Origin: a virus
UHGV virus genome: UHGV-0047541
Reading direction: 5' to 3' (one strand)
Length of the DNA stretch: 35,471 nucleotides
Below the pieces are notes generated by a model, which saw only the letters and a list, made by a program, of their open reading frames with translations, searched no databases and was not told the DNA's origin. Shown in pieces: positions 8,860 to 17,880 of the stretch (within the stretch, counting starts at the first letter, position 1; the number at the start of each line of letters is the position of its first letter). The position numbers were made by a program, and so were the translations under genes.

Positions 8860-10441
8860 GTGGTGTTGTCTCCTCTTCCGGCCTGCGACTCTCCGCTATC
8901 TGCTGCTGATACGCCTGCGCTATCCACACCGGGCGTGAGAGCCCGGCTTTTTCCCGCTCTGCAGATTCCCTGACCTGCTGGCGGAAAATGTCCTGATAAT
9001 CCTCACCCATCAGCGCCAGCTCTTTCTCATACGTGCTCAGTCCGGCCTCAATGCGCATCACCGACTCCTGAACCTCCTTGAGTCCATCAATGGCCATTCT
9101 TCCGGAGCCAATCCACTCTGCCCGTGACCAGGCTGAACGCGCCTGATAAAAATCAAAACGCGCCCGTGGCGGACGAATAATCCCCCGAAGAAGCGCCTCT
9201 TCCAGCCAGCAGGAAAACATCTGCGTGGCCAGCCGGGACGCAATAAATTTTCGTCGCCCCATAAAATAACGCCACGACTCATTGGCTGAGGCACGGGCAC
9301 TTGAGTAACTGACCTTCGAGTAATCACGGGACAACTGTTCGTAGGAAACACCAAGACCGGCGGCGATATACCGCAGCAGCGCCTGTTCAAGCGCAGAAAA
9401 TCCATTATCTGAATCCTGCGCAGTCTGCAGTTTCAAATCATCCCCGGGGAAAAGGTGCGGAATTTTGACACCGCCCAGCGTCACGTTATTCGTGTCATAC
9501 CAGCGGGTGAACTTCTCCAGAATATTAATGAGCGGATTATCCTGCTGACTCTGCGGTGCACCCGCGATATATTCAAAGGCCTTTTCGGTATCGAGTTCAC
9601 TTTCAATCGTCGCTGCATACATCGCCTTCACTATGGCCGACTGAAGCTGCGTGGTCTGCAGGGAATCGAGCATTTTCAGCCGTTCCATGACGCTGTAAAA
9701 CTGATTAGCCCCACGGGTCTGCCCGTCCTCAACCGGCTCGAAAATATGCAGCATGGCCGGACGCCCGGTGGGAAGTTCACGCGGGATCCGTTCCCATCGT
9801 CCACGACCAGAGAACGGAAAATCATCCTCACAGATATGGTACGCAACGGCCCGTCCATACCGATCGACTTCCACCCCGGCCCGCAGGAAACGGTTACCCA
9901 TACCGTGTCCCGGCGTGTCCACCCGTTTAGGGCTCACGGCTTTAAAACGCGTGCGGAATAACCGTGTGGTTTCCGTATCCCAGACCGGCTGCACAAAGAT
10001 TTCACCGTTAAATGCATGAACGCCCACACCTTCACGGATAAATTCCGTAAAGGTGCGTTTCCCTTCCACATCGATCTCGCCAAACATTCCTTCCGCGTAT
10101 TCCGACCAGGCCGCCTCCACCTCATCGACAAAGATTTTTGCCGCGGACTCCCGCATCCCAAGCCAGCGCCAGTTCGGACGGTAACTAATAAGAAACATGT
10201 GCCCGACAATGTGATCCTTATGCAGGGCCACCGCATTGGCCGCTATACCGTTATTGCGTACCAGATCATCTGCACGGGCATTCCCCAGACGCAACGCAGG
10301 CAGCAGGGCAGCATCAACACCCTGCGCCGGTGGTAACCACTCGGCCATTTGCCCGCCAAATCCTGCGCCGCCCCCGTTGTAGCTGAGACTCTCACGAAGC
10401 GGAACGCCGTTCACATCAATCAGGACTGGCGTTCGTTTCAT
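8849..10441 (-). CDS. B: portal protein B
   Basis: 530 aa, lambda gpB-like length, position and sequence. Confidence 0.9.
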   Translation of the reverse strand: MKRTPVLIDVNGVPLRESLSYNGGGAGFGGQMAEWLPPAQGVDAALLPALRLGNARADDLVRNNGIAANAVALHKDHIVGHMFLISYRPNWRWLGMRESAAKIFVDEVEAAWSEYAEGMFGEIDVEGKRTFTEFIREGVGVHAFNGEIFVQPVWDTETTRLFRTRFKAVSPKRVDTPGHGMGNRFLRAGVEVDRYGRAVAYHICEDDFPFSGRGRWERIPRELPTGRPAMLHIFEPVEDGQTRGANQFYSVMERLKMLDSLQTTQLQSAIVKAMYAATIESELDTEKAFEYIAGAPQSQQDNPLINILEKFTRWYDTNNVTLGGVKIPHLFPGDDLKLQTAQDSDNGFSALEQALLRYIAAGLGVSYEQLSRDYSKVSYSSARASANESWRYFMGRRKFIASRLATQMFSCWLEEALLRGIIRPPRARFDFYQARSAWSRAEWIGSGRMAIDGLKEVQESVMRIEAGLSTYEKELALMGEDYQDIFRQQVRESAEREKAGLSRPVWIAQAYQQQIAESRRPEEETTPRET

Positions 10442-10641
10442 AACCTCACTCCCAGCGGGCGACGGCGGCGGGTTGTCCCCAGTACCGACTCCGCATCATT
10501 GATAGCACGATTAAGCTCATCCAGAGAGGCTGCCGTATATTCAATTCTGCGACCATCTTTCTGGACCGACACCACCCGTTTACCGGTTAATAAATCAAGA
10601 CGCGCCTGACGCAGCGCCTGCAGTTCAGCGACTGTTACCAT
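10438..10641 (-). CDS. W: head-tail joining protein W
   Basis: 67 aa, ...LLTGKRVVSVQKDGRRIEYTAASLDEL..., lambda gpW-like. Confidence 0.85.
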   Translation of the reverse strand: MVTVAELQALRQARLDLLTGKRVVSVQKDGRRIEYTAASLDELNRAINDAESVLGTTRRRRPLGVRL

Positions 10642-12553
10642 TCACTCCTCCGGACAGCTTCGCTGCCAGTTCTTCAAGGGTTGGCCGGGTCGTCTCTTCT
10701 TCCCGGGATTTTGCCAGTACAGCCAGATCAAGCTGCCAGCGTTGCACGGACACACGTAATGCTGCGTAGGCATACACCAGGCAGTCCAGCGCTTCGTTAC
10801 GCCGCTTTTTGTTATCCCACAGCAGGCGCATCTTTCCTTTTTCCCACTTCTCCACAAGCTCTTCCGCGACCAGTTGCTGCGCCTCTGTCTGCGAAAAAAT
10901 CTCCGGATTATCAGGAAAACGGATGGCATACGATGTGGCTTCATCTGCAGGTGTGGGACTGGCTTTCATACGGGCATAGAGAATTTCTTTTGCGGTGTCC
11001 GTCCCCACTTCACACAGATACAAGCCCCGCTGATTGCGGGTTTTCGGCATGGTGATCACCGGCTTGCCATAGACAGACGCACCTTTTACCGGTAGCACAC
11101 GGAAAACACCGTGTTTTTTTGACCTCTGGTAAACGATTTCGCCATCGATCCCCCCGGTGTCCCAGCAGACACGGGAAATAGTCATTTCGGTGCCATCCGC
11201 ATGGCGGTATTTTTTGTTAATCACCGCGTCCACACGTAACAGCGTCTCTTCCTCATCAGGACGCCCCATAATGATGATTTTATCCACCAGAAAAGCTTCC
11301 TCTCCCGGTGCCCATCCCCAGACATACATCTCAAAACGGTTTCGCTGCGAGTCAATGCCCGCCGTCAGATAAACCACCCGGTCAGGTACCGCCGCCGTGT
11401 AATGCACGACCTTATCCATCAGAACCTGGTGATCGAGTTTTTCGCCCACGGCCTCTTCCCAGGTCTCGCCCAGCGTGGTGTTCACAAAGGTTTTCAGGCC
11501 GTTGGGATCTTTCAGCGCATCCAGCCAGTCATAGACTATCTGTACCCAGGTGGTAAACGGGCTATAGGCCGTCCAGATGTGGAAAGTGATGGATCGCGGT
11601 GGCGGCATCTCCTCATCACCCGCGCTGTAAAATGTCAGGCCGTCACGTGTCCACATGCCCGTGTTTTCACAGATCCACCGCCCGTTATTCTGTTCAAGCT
11701 CAGACTGATGGATCACACAGCCATGATGCTCACAAAGGTAGAAAACACTTTCTGGCTTATTCTTCTCCCACTTAAGACCGAAAAGCGAGGCATCATCGCC
11801 AAATTTCAGATACTGCTCCTCCCCACAGTGCGGACAGGGCACATAAAAACGCATGAAATGTGCCGACTCGTTAGCGGCTTTTTCGATCTGGCAGGAGCCT
11901 TTGATTTTAGGCGTCGAGCCGCGAATGGATTTTGGCCATACAGAGCCCTCAATACGCTTATCCCCCAGCAGGGTTGGCGAGCCCTCTTTTTCGACATCCG
12001 GCTCGAACGAGGAAAGTTCGTCATAGCAGACCACGTCCACGGATTTTTCACGGTAGTTTTTGGCGGCAGCGCCGCCCAGGCACCAGAAGCCCACACCCGA
12101 TGAAAAGCGTTTCAGCGTGAGAGTATTGTCACGATGTTTACGACCCAGCCATGGGGAAAGGTCTTTCAGGCATGGCACGTCCCGAATCGTCGCCTCCACG
12201 TGAGACTTCATAAAATCTTCAGCGGCAGAATCCGTGGGCTGAAAAAGCAGACTGTTTCGGGATTTATGCTCAATAAAATATCCGACCACCCCCAGCAACA
12301 TCTTTGTATAGCCAACACGGGCAGATTTAATCAGATTAACAGTGCGGATCTGATCATTCCCCATGCTGTTCATGATGGCGATCTGGAATGGCAGCGTTTT
12401 CCATTCTCCCTCACCATATGAAGATTCTTTCGGCAGATAATAATTTTGATCAGCCCATTCAACTGGCGTCACCGGCAATGCCCTTATCAGGGGCTGTAAT
12501 GCTGTTGTGACAGCGCTCATCATATTATTCAGTTGTTGCTCTGATATATTCAT
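10625..12553 (-). CDS. A: terminase large subunit A
   Basis: ORF 10625-12610; probable start is the internal MNISEQQL (12553), matching lambda A MNISNSQ; rest highly similar to lambda gpA. Confidence 0.9.
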   Translation of the reverse strand: MNISEQQLNNMMSAVTTALQPLIRALPVTPVEWADQNYYLPKESSYGEGEWKTLPFQIAIMNSMGNDQIRTVNLIKSARVGYTKMLLGVVGYFIEHKSRNSLLFQPTDSAAEDFMKSHVEATIRDVPCLKDLSPWLGRKHRDNTLTLKRFSSGVGFWCLGGAAAKNYREKSVDVVCYDELSSFEPDVEKEGSPTLLGDKRIEGSVWPKSIRGSTPKIKGSCQIEKAANESAHFMRFYVPCPHCGEEQYLKFGDDASLFGLKWEKNKPESVFYLCEHHGCVIHQSELEQNNGRWICENTGMWTRDGLTFYSAGDEEMPPPRSITFHIWTAYSPFTTWVQIVYDWLDALKDPNGLKTFVNTTLGETWEEAVGEKLDHQVLMDKVVHYTAAVPDRVVYLTAGIDSQRNRFEMYVWGWAPGEEAFLVDKIIIMGRPDEEETLLRVDAVINKKYRHADGTEMTISRVCWDTGGIDGEIVYQRSKKHGVFRVLPVKGASVYGKPVITMPKTRNQRGLYLCEVGTDTAKEILYARMKASPTPADEATSYAIRFPDNPEIFSQTEAQQLVAEELVEKWEKGKMRLLWDNKKRRNEALDCLVYAYAALRVSVQRWQLDLAVLAKSREEETTRPTLEELAAKLSGGVNGNSR

Positions 12554-13034
12554 CGAGTAAATCCGGTAATTTATCCCCCGCCCGCGCACACTGATTTGCC
12601 CCCTTCGCAATAAGGGTTTTCAGATGGTCAAGATGGCGCGGTGTTAAATCAGGAAACTGTCGCTGCATGGATAAAGGGATGGAATCAAGCGTACTGGATA
12701 ACGCCATTGCCAGCTTACTGAGGGCAAAAATACAGAACCCGGTGTCAATAAGTTTTCCTTTTGACACCTCATTTTTTAACTGCTGTGTAACAGCCTGTTC
12801 TGCTGTCAGTTCCCATCTGGCAATAAGCAATTTCTCCTCATAGTCGTCTTCGCTATCGCCACCAGGCACATCGTTTTTACTTCTCCTCAGATACGATATG
12901 TAAAAATCGCGCCAGGCATCCAGATCCAGTTGCCCTCGCTTATTCGATATCGGGGCACCCGGCAATTTCTGCAATCTGCGAAGCTGGCGATCGGTCAGAC
13001 TTAAATGCCTGGCAACTTCAGTCTGCGTAGCCAC
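12525..13034 (-). CDS. Nu1: terminase small subunit (Nu1-like C-terminal region, divergent N-terminal DNA-binding region)
   Basis: 169 aa; C-terminal FCIFALSKLAMALSSTLDSIPLSMQRQFPDLTPRHLDHLK resembles lambda Nu1; N-terminus differs; stop overlaps A start; about 185 bp from cosN. Confidence 0.8.
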   Translation of the reverse strand: MATQTEVARHLSLTDRQLRRLQKLPGAPISNKRGQLDLDAWRDFYISYLRRSKNDVPGGDSEDDYEEKLLIARWELTAEQAVTQQLKNEVSKGKLIDTGFCIFALSKLAMALSSTLDSIPLSMQRQFPDLTPRHLDHLKTLIAKGANQCARAGDKLPDLLDEYIRATTE

Positions 13035-13176
13035 TCCTCACCTCGCAAAAACTCTCACCTCACAATCACAACAAAACCGGTCATGTCCGGCTTACATGTT
13101 TATTTTTTGTTCACGTCCGGTTCACAGAAAACCTGTTTCTATATTTTTCATATAGTTAACCTGAAGAGAAACCGGA

Positions 13177-13240
13177 CATGGATCCCGGAAAATTTTCATA
13201 AATAGCGAAAACCCGCGAGGTCGCCGCCCCGTAACCTGCC
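13177..13240 (-). other. cos site: cosN with lambda-type 12-nt cohesive end GGGCGGCGACCT (minus strand, 13229-13218) and flanking lambda-like sequence
   Basis: Reverse complement of 13177-13240 reads GGCAGGTTACGGGGCGGCGACCTCGCGGGTTTTCGCTATTTATGAAAATTTTCCGG, matching the recalled lambda left-end cos sequence. Confidence 0.85.
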
Positions 13241-14395
13241 GGATCGCCGGAAAGGACCCGCCAGCCAGAGCGGGCCTAAATTCATCAACCAATCAGCTTA
13301 TAGCGGCCATCCCGTGCATTACGGTGTACACGCTCAATATTGAGGCATAGTGCACATCTGGCTTTTTTGGCACAGGAACACGGCAACATTCAGAAGCGCG
13401 AGGAATATTATTTATCCAGTCGATCACTTCGCTTAAATACCAGGCATTGCGTCCTTACGTAACTGACACTGCCTCCAATATTGAAGATGTAAGTTGATAA
13501 GACCTGATAAAAGTTTATATCCAAAATCAAGATAAGACTTATCACTTTAATAAATTAGCAAGAAAACAATACCTCTGATTTACCATGCGGAAATAACTAA
13601 TAGACATTCACTTTTCAGTTTATTATTTTCCAGCAGTACTATACCTTCAGTTAAACACCATTTTTTTACATGTTCAATTTTTATATAACTCATTCAGATT
13701 TATCACCACCAGATTGTGTTTCCACAGAGAATAGCCGGCTAACCTCTGTTATATCGTTGCTTATTTCATCACACGATAACGATATTATTTCCGTTACTGA
13801 TTACCTTAATAAAAATGGCATTTCGCATTGTTTTTACTTTCTGTCAACAGGGAATATAAGGTTTACCACACATAATCAAAGTATGATCACGGTACAGACC
13901 CAAAAAAGATCTGCTTATATAAACCACAGGCCAAATAATATCTGGACAAAACTGGTTATAAAAAAACATTTATCCGGAAACATACCCTTCTTCCGGAGCC
14001 ACTTTACTCTGTCCCGTACAGGCATCTTTAAATATGTTCTGGATGTAAACAGAAAACACTGCCAGTATTACTCAGTAAGAAACCACATTTTGCATTCACA
14101 ATTCATTATTCCGGTTTCTTCCACCATCGCACCGGAAAAGCGACTATGAGGGTAAACCTGCGTCCGTCAGCGCACTAAAACCCGGTGTGCATCGTTTTTG
14201 ATTATTCCCGCACACTCTCGCAGAAGGAGTTCCCCGTCGGGCTACGGTCTCTGTTAATACGGGAATACGGCGACGATACAGCGCATGATGTGTCAGGCTT
14301 GAATACCTTTATCCGTTAAAAAGGATATCAGTTAAGTTATCCCGTGCAGGGTATAAGCCATTATCAAGCCCACCCGTAGATAGGCTTTGTAATGG

Positions 14396-14653
14396 CTACT
14401 TCGCTTTTGCTTCCGCTCGCTTACGCCGGCGCTCTTCTTTCCTCTCGGCTTTTGCCATGTCCATGAATGCCTGCATGATCGAGTTCCGCATCATGTAGCT
14501 AACAAAGTGATGATTGACACAGCCGTTGAGGCGCAGCTGCTCGCCAAACTCATCCACCGAGGCCAATGCTTCCATCATGCCCTTCTCGCCTTTCATGAAC
14601 TCTGAGAAGTCACGCCCCGCTCTGGAGGCGCATTCAATGACACGATCACTCAT
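14396..14653 (-). CDS. hypothetical small protein (85 aa, charged C-terminus), translationally coupled to upstream KilA-N gene
   Basis: ORF with ATGA start/stop overlap with 14650-15147. Confidence 0.5.
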   Translation of the reverse strand: MSDRVIECASRAGRDFSEFMKGEKGMMEALASVDEFGEQLRLNGCVNHHFVSYMMRNSIMQAFMDMAKAERKEERRRKRAEAKAK

Positions 14654-15147
14654 CCCGGAAGCCCCGGGATCGTTATCTGCAGCTGGTTAGCCAGGGCGTT
14701 AATCTCAGCGACCAACACTGGCTTCGTATAGCGCCATGCCGCCAGCCCTTGTCCGCAGAAGCTCGCCATATCTTTTTTCTGATCAAACTCATGACACTTC
14801 ATATTGAGCTGCGCACTTAAGCTGTTGCGATGATGAAGTTCTCCGGTGAAGTAGTCATCCAGGACTTTATAGGCTGCATATTTAAATCCGGGGTTTAGCC
14901 ATGCTGCATAATCATAAGCAACAAACTTCCCGCCATATGTTCCACCGTGTACACCGCGCTCAGTAAAAACCACAGATTCGTGGTTTTTCTCCAGCTCGGC
15001 TAAGAACTCTTTGGTCTGCTTGTTTCGCAGGTAGTGGTACGGAGATTCAGATTCACTTTTACCACTGGCTTTCCACATATCAGTGAGACAGATCATGCCA
15101 TCTTCACCGATGCGAATTGGTTGATTGAAGAGGGTTAATGATTTCAT
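14650..15147 (-). CDS. KilA-N domain protein
   Basis: 165 aa; N-terminal PIRIGEDGMICLTDMWKASGK resembles the KilA-N signature. Confidence 0.55.
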   Translation of the reverse strand: MKSLTLFNQPIRIGEDGMICLTDMWKASGKSESESPYHYLRNKQTKEFLAELEKNHESVVFTERGVHGGTYGGKFVAYDYAAWLNPGFKYAAYKVLDDYFTGELHHRNSLSAQLNMKCHEFDQKKDMASFCGQGLAAWRYTKPVLVAEINALANQLQITIPGLPG

Positions 15148-15365
15148 AGCGTGTACCTACTCTTTGAAATGAACCTTTGCCGCACAGGAAACCAGCCCAC
15201 CGAGGCTCGCCAGCACTAACTGATATCCTCAAAGGCCCATTCCAAAGGGTCAGGTTCGGTGGTTATTGTGCGCTGCGGTGCGCGGTGAAATACCTATACA
15301 AAAACGCCCCGCATCTGCGAGGCATTTTCCTGAAAGTCACTTGTTAAATTTCAGTGAAATTAAAA

Positions 15366-15803
15366 TTATTTTAAGCACTGCGTCCTAATGTAATCCTGCA
15401 AGTAGTTAACCTGCGCGGTTATCCTGTCGATTCCACTTCGGAGACGGTAATAATTGAGTTCAGCATCTGCTGTAAGTCTTGGGCTTTCTCCATCGCCCAT
15501 GCTGCTGGCTCCGGTCGTTGACTTTGCACAGGTGGCGGCGACCTGCAGGCGCTTACGCCCAGCAGAAACATCAGCACGGAGACTTTCGATAGTCGCGTTA
15601 GCATCAGCAAGCTCCTTTGTATATCTGGCGTCGAGTTCTGCTACATCACGTTGACGCTTCTGCATGTCAGCGATGATGGATGTGGCTTTATCGCGCTGTT
15701 CTTTGTAGGCGATTGCATTATCACGGTAATGATTAACAGCCCATGACAGGCAGACGATGATGCAGATAATCAGAGCGGAGATAATCGCGGTTAACCGACT
15801 CAT
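15366..15803 (-). CDS. Rz: i-spanin Rz
   Basis: ORF 15366-15932; likely start at internal [19 protein letters not shown] (N-terminal TM helix) followed by coiled-coil region; contains embedded Rz1. Confidence 0.8.
   Translation of the reverse strand: MSRLTAIISALIICIIVCLSWAVNHYRDNAIAYKEQRDKATSIIADMQKRQRDVAELDARYTKELADANATIESLRADVSAGRKRLQVAATCAKSTTGASSMGDGESPRLTADAELNYYRLRSGIDRITAQVNYLQDYIRTQCLK
15419..15610 (-). CDS. Rz1: o-spanin Rz1 lipoprotein embedded in +1 frame of Rz
   Basis: 63 aa, signal peptide with lipobox LGVSAC followed by proline-rich [13 protein letters not shown]; entirely inside Rz. Confidence 0.8.
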   Translation of the reverse strand: MLMLTRLSKVSVLMFLLGVSACRSPPPVQSQRPEPAAWAMEKAQDLQQMLNSIITVSEVESTG

Positions 15804-15891
15804 GACATCAACACTCCAACGGCCAGAAACCACGGCCACGCATCGTTGCCATTGAATGCGAGCAACGCTGCCATGAAAAAGCAAATCATGC

Positions 15892-16389
15892 TCATTGTTG
15901 CCCCCACAAACAGACTTCACGCTCAATCTCACGACGAGTCATCAGACCTTTCCATTGCTTACCGCCAGCGTATGTCCAACGCCGTAGCTGATCACATGCG
16001 CCTTTGATATCGCCCTGGTTTATTTTGCGAAGAAGCGTAGATGTTCTGAAATTGCCAGCGCCCACGTTGTAAACGAACGAGTAAAGAGCGCCGCGCATTG
16101 TTTCCGGTATATCAACTTTGATGTACGGGTTAATTTGTCTGGCGACGGTGGCGAGGTCTTTATTCAGGAGGGCTTTGCATTCTGCTTCGGTATACGTTTT
16201 ACCGAGCATGATGTCTTTTCCGGTGTGTCCGTGGCATACAGTCCATACACCAACAATATCTTTGTATGGTATGTAACTGACACCTTCCAGACCATCGTCA
16301 CCACTCGGACCAGTGATTAACACAGATGCTATAGCAATAGCTCCGCCACCAATAGCAACAGCAACGGCTTTTCGTAATGATGGAGGCAT
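15892..16389 (-). CDS. R: SAR endolysin (T4-lysozyme-like, phage 21 R-type)
   Basis: 165 aa, [30 protein letters not shown] domain, then [25 protein letters not shown] catalytic region; matches recalled R21. Confidence 0.9.
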   Translation of the reverse strand: MPPSLRKAVAVAIGGGAIAIASVLITGPSGDDGLEGVSYIPYKDIVGVWTVCHGHTGKDIMLGKTYTEAECKALLNKDLATVARQINPYIKVDIPETMRGALYSFVYNVGAGNFRTSTLLRKINQGDIKGACDQLRRWTYAGGKQWKGLMTRREIEREVCLWGQQ

Positions 16390-16604
16390 TATTCACCTCT
16401 CGCAGCCTTTCTTCTGTCTTCTCTGATTTTGAAGTACAGATTTGTCAGATAAGTCAGGAAGCCCAGAACCAGACTCCCCAGTACACCAATCGCAGCCCAC
16501 TGTGACGGACTGACCTGATCAAGCCACTGTAAAAACCAGTAGCCAGCACTGCCTGCGGAGGTGCCGTAGGCAATGCCCGTTGAAATTTTGTCCATGGATT
16601 TCAT
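16389..16604 (-). CDS. S: pinholin S21 (71-aa form with dual-start MKSMDK)
   Basis: ORF 16389-16661; functional start [28 protein letters not shown]... matches recalled phage 21 S; stop overlaps R start (TAATG). Confidence 0.85.
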   Translation of the reverse strand: MKSMDKISTGIAYGTSAGSAGYWFLQWLDQVSPSQWAAIGVLGSLVLGFLTYLTNLYFKIREDRRKAARGE

Positions 16605-16704
16605 AGCCTCACCTCCGCGCAGAACGGATGGCGTAGTTATTATGTGCAGGCTTTCAGACACATCAATCAGAGCCTTAATTGATATATATGCTGGAGACGA
16701 TGCA

Positions 16705-16735
16705 ATATAAAAAGCTCGCCGTAGCGAGCTAATAA
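16705..16735 (-). terminator. intrinsic terminator downstream of the lipoprotein moron (minus strand)
   Basis: Hairpin AGCTCGC-CGTA-GCGAGCT at 16713-16730, followed on the minus strand by TTTTATATT. Confidence 0.5.
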
Positions 16736-16855
16736 AATGTATATCTCTGAAATTATGTTTATTTGTATTAGCTCAGACTTGACATCACAGATTTCGTATA
16801 TAGAACATCATCAAATCTGTCAGTTTGCTATGAATGAGATATAGTAATTGAAGAG

Positions 16856-17251
16856 CTAACCTCGCATGTCAAAGCCAGATTTCTGAAAATCTCTGTAGAC
16901 TTCCGGATTGTTGAAGGCCGGAAATTTGGCTTTATGAGCTGCGGACTTTATCGCTTCGCAATAGGCTTTATCACCGTTACTGGTAGATATTTTTAAAGCC
17001 GTGCCATCCTGAGAGAATTCCATATGCAACCTGCATTTTTTCCCTTTCCAGTTATGTGGCTCATCAAGTTTGGCATTAATTGCAGCTCTGATTCCCCGCG
17101 CTTGCGCCCCCCATTCATCCTGATCATCCCAGCGTCCTGAACTGCAACTACCTGTAGCAGTAGTTTTGTGGCAATCTGAAGGGTGTAAAGGTGTGCATCC
17201 CGCAACAAAGCCGACCCAAAAAGTCAGCATAACGATTTTCTTTAATCCCAC
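16856..17251 (-). CDS. lipoprotein with TolA C-terminal domain III-like fold (divergent paralog)
   Basis: 131 aa; signal peptide plus lipobox VAGC; C-terminal KKCRLHMEFSQDGTALKIS...AYCEAIKSAAHKAKFPAFNNPEVYRDFQ aligns with TolA domain III (two conserved Cys, P..EVY..F). Confidence 0.7.
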   Translation of the reverse strand: MGLKKIVMLTFWVGFVAGCTPLHPSDCHKTTATGSCSSGRWDDQDEWGAQARGIRAAINAKLDEPHNWKGKKCRLHMEFSQDGTALKISTSNGDKAYCEAIKSAAHKAKFPAFNNPEVYRDFQKSGFDMRG

Positions 17252-17372
17252 TTCTTGCTCCCCAATCCATTAAAATCTCAGCAATAGTAGTTGTTACGTC
17301 CGCCACTGGCTCAGTGCCGTAGTTGTGTCAGAACAAACCTAAGCCGAAATCTTTATTACAAAACAATAAATA

Positions 17373-17801
17373 TCAGGGTTTAAAATCCAGCACCCCATTT
17401 TGAAATACTTTATATACTTCCGGCGAAGGGGGGGCAGGTATATCAGCATTCTTTATCGCATTCATCGCTTCACGACATAAATTGGGGTCTCCACTTTCTC
17501 TTTTAACCTCCAGTAGAAGGCCATTCGGGGCCATATGCATTCTAAGCGTACACTCTTTTCCTGAATACTTACTCGCATCCCCGAACTGTTTTTCGATGGC
17601 GTTCTTGATTTGATGGGCATACTGACGGATATCTTCACTAACATCAGTAGTACGTTCAGATGAACTCACATACTGTGTTTCTGTTGATTTATCGGAGTAA
17701 TATGATGCCCGGTCGTAATAATTTGTCGATACAGCATCAGTGCACCCGATAATAATCCCACTAATAATCAACGTAAGAATTGATGCGCTACGAAAACCCA
17801 T
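17373..17801 (-). CDS. lipoprotein with TolA C-terminal domain III homology
   Basis: 142 aa; lipobox IIGC; C-terminal IKNAIEKQFGDASKYSGKECTLRMHMAPNGLLLEVKRESGDPNLCREAMNAIKNADIPAPPSPEVYKVFQNGVLDFKP closely parallels recalled E. coli TolA C-terminus (...IKSAIESKF..AGKTCTLRIKLAPDGMLLDIKPEGGDPALCQAA...PKPPSQAVYEVFKNAPLDFKP). Confidence 0.8.
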   Translation of the reverse strand: MGFRSASILTLIISGIIIGCTDAVSTNYYDRASYYSDKSTETQYVSSSERTTDVSEDIRQYAHQIKNAIEKQFGDASKYSGKECTLRMHMAPNGLLLEVKRESGDPNLCREAMNAIKNADIPAPPSPEVYKVFQNGVLDFKP

Positions 17802-17880
17802 TTTTCCTCACAATATGTCATATAGTAATGGATTATATATACCGTCGTTTTGGACGCTCAAACAGCGAATCAGATCAAAT
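17802..17880 (-). promoter_or_regulatory. putative sigma70 promoter and RBS for lipoprotein gene
   Basis: Minus strand reads TTGAGC-(18 bp)-TATAAT about 25 bp upstream of GAGGAAAA-ATG. Confidence 0.35.

Noticed and set aside
11402-12103. 233-aa plus-strand ORF inside the terminase large subunit gene
   Set aside because: Antisense to gpA, which has strong sequence support.
13670-14149. 159-aa plus-strand ORF in the AT-rich gap near cos
   Set aside because: Implausible amino-acid composition, no convincing RBS; retained only as part of the AT-rich-gap finding.
16604-16661. Longer S start ([19 protein letters not shown]...) given by the ORF track
   Set aside because: The MKSMDK dual-start motif matching phage 21 S lies at 16604; the upstream extension is probably untranslated.
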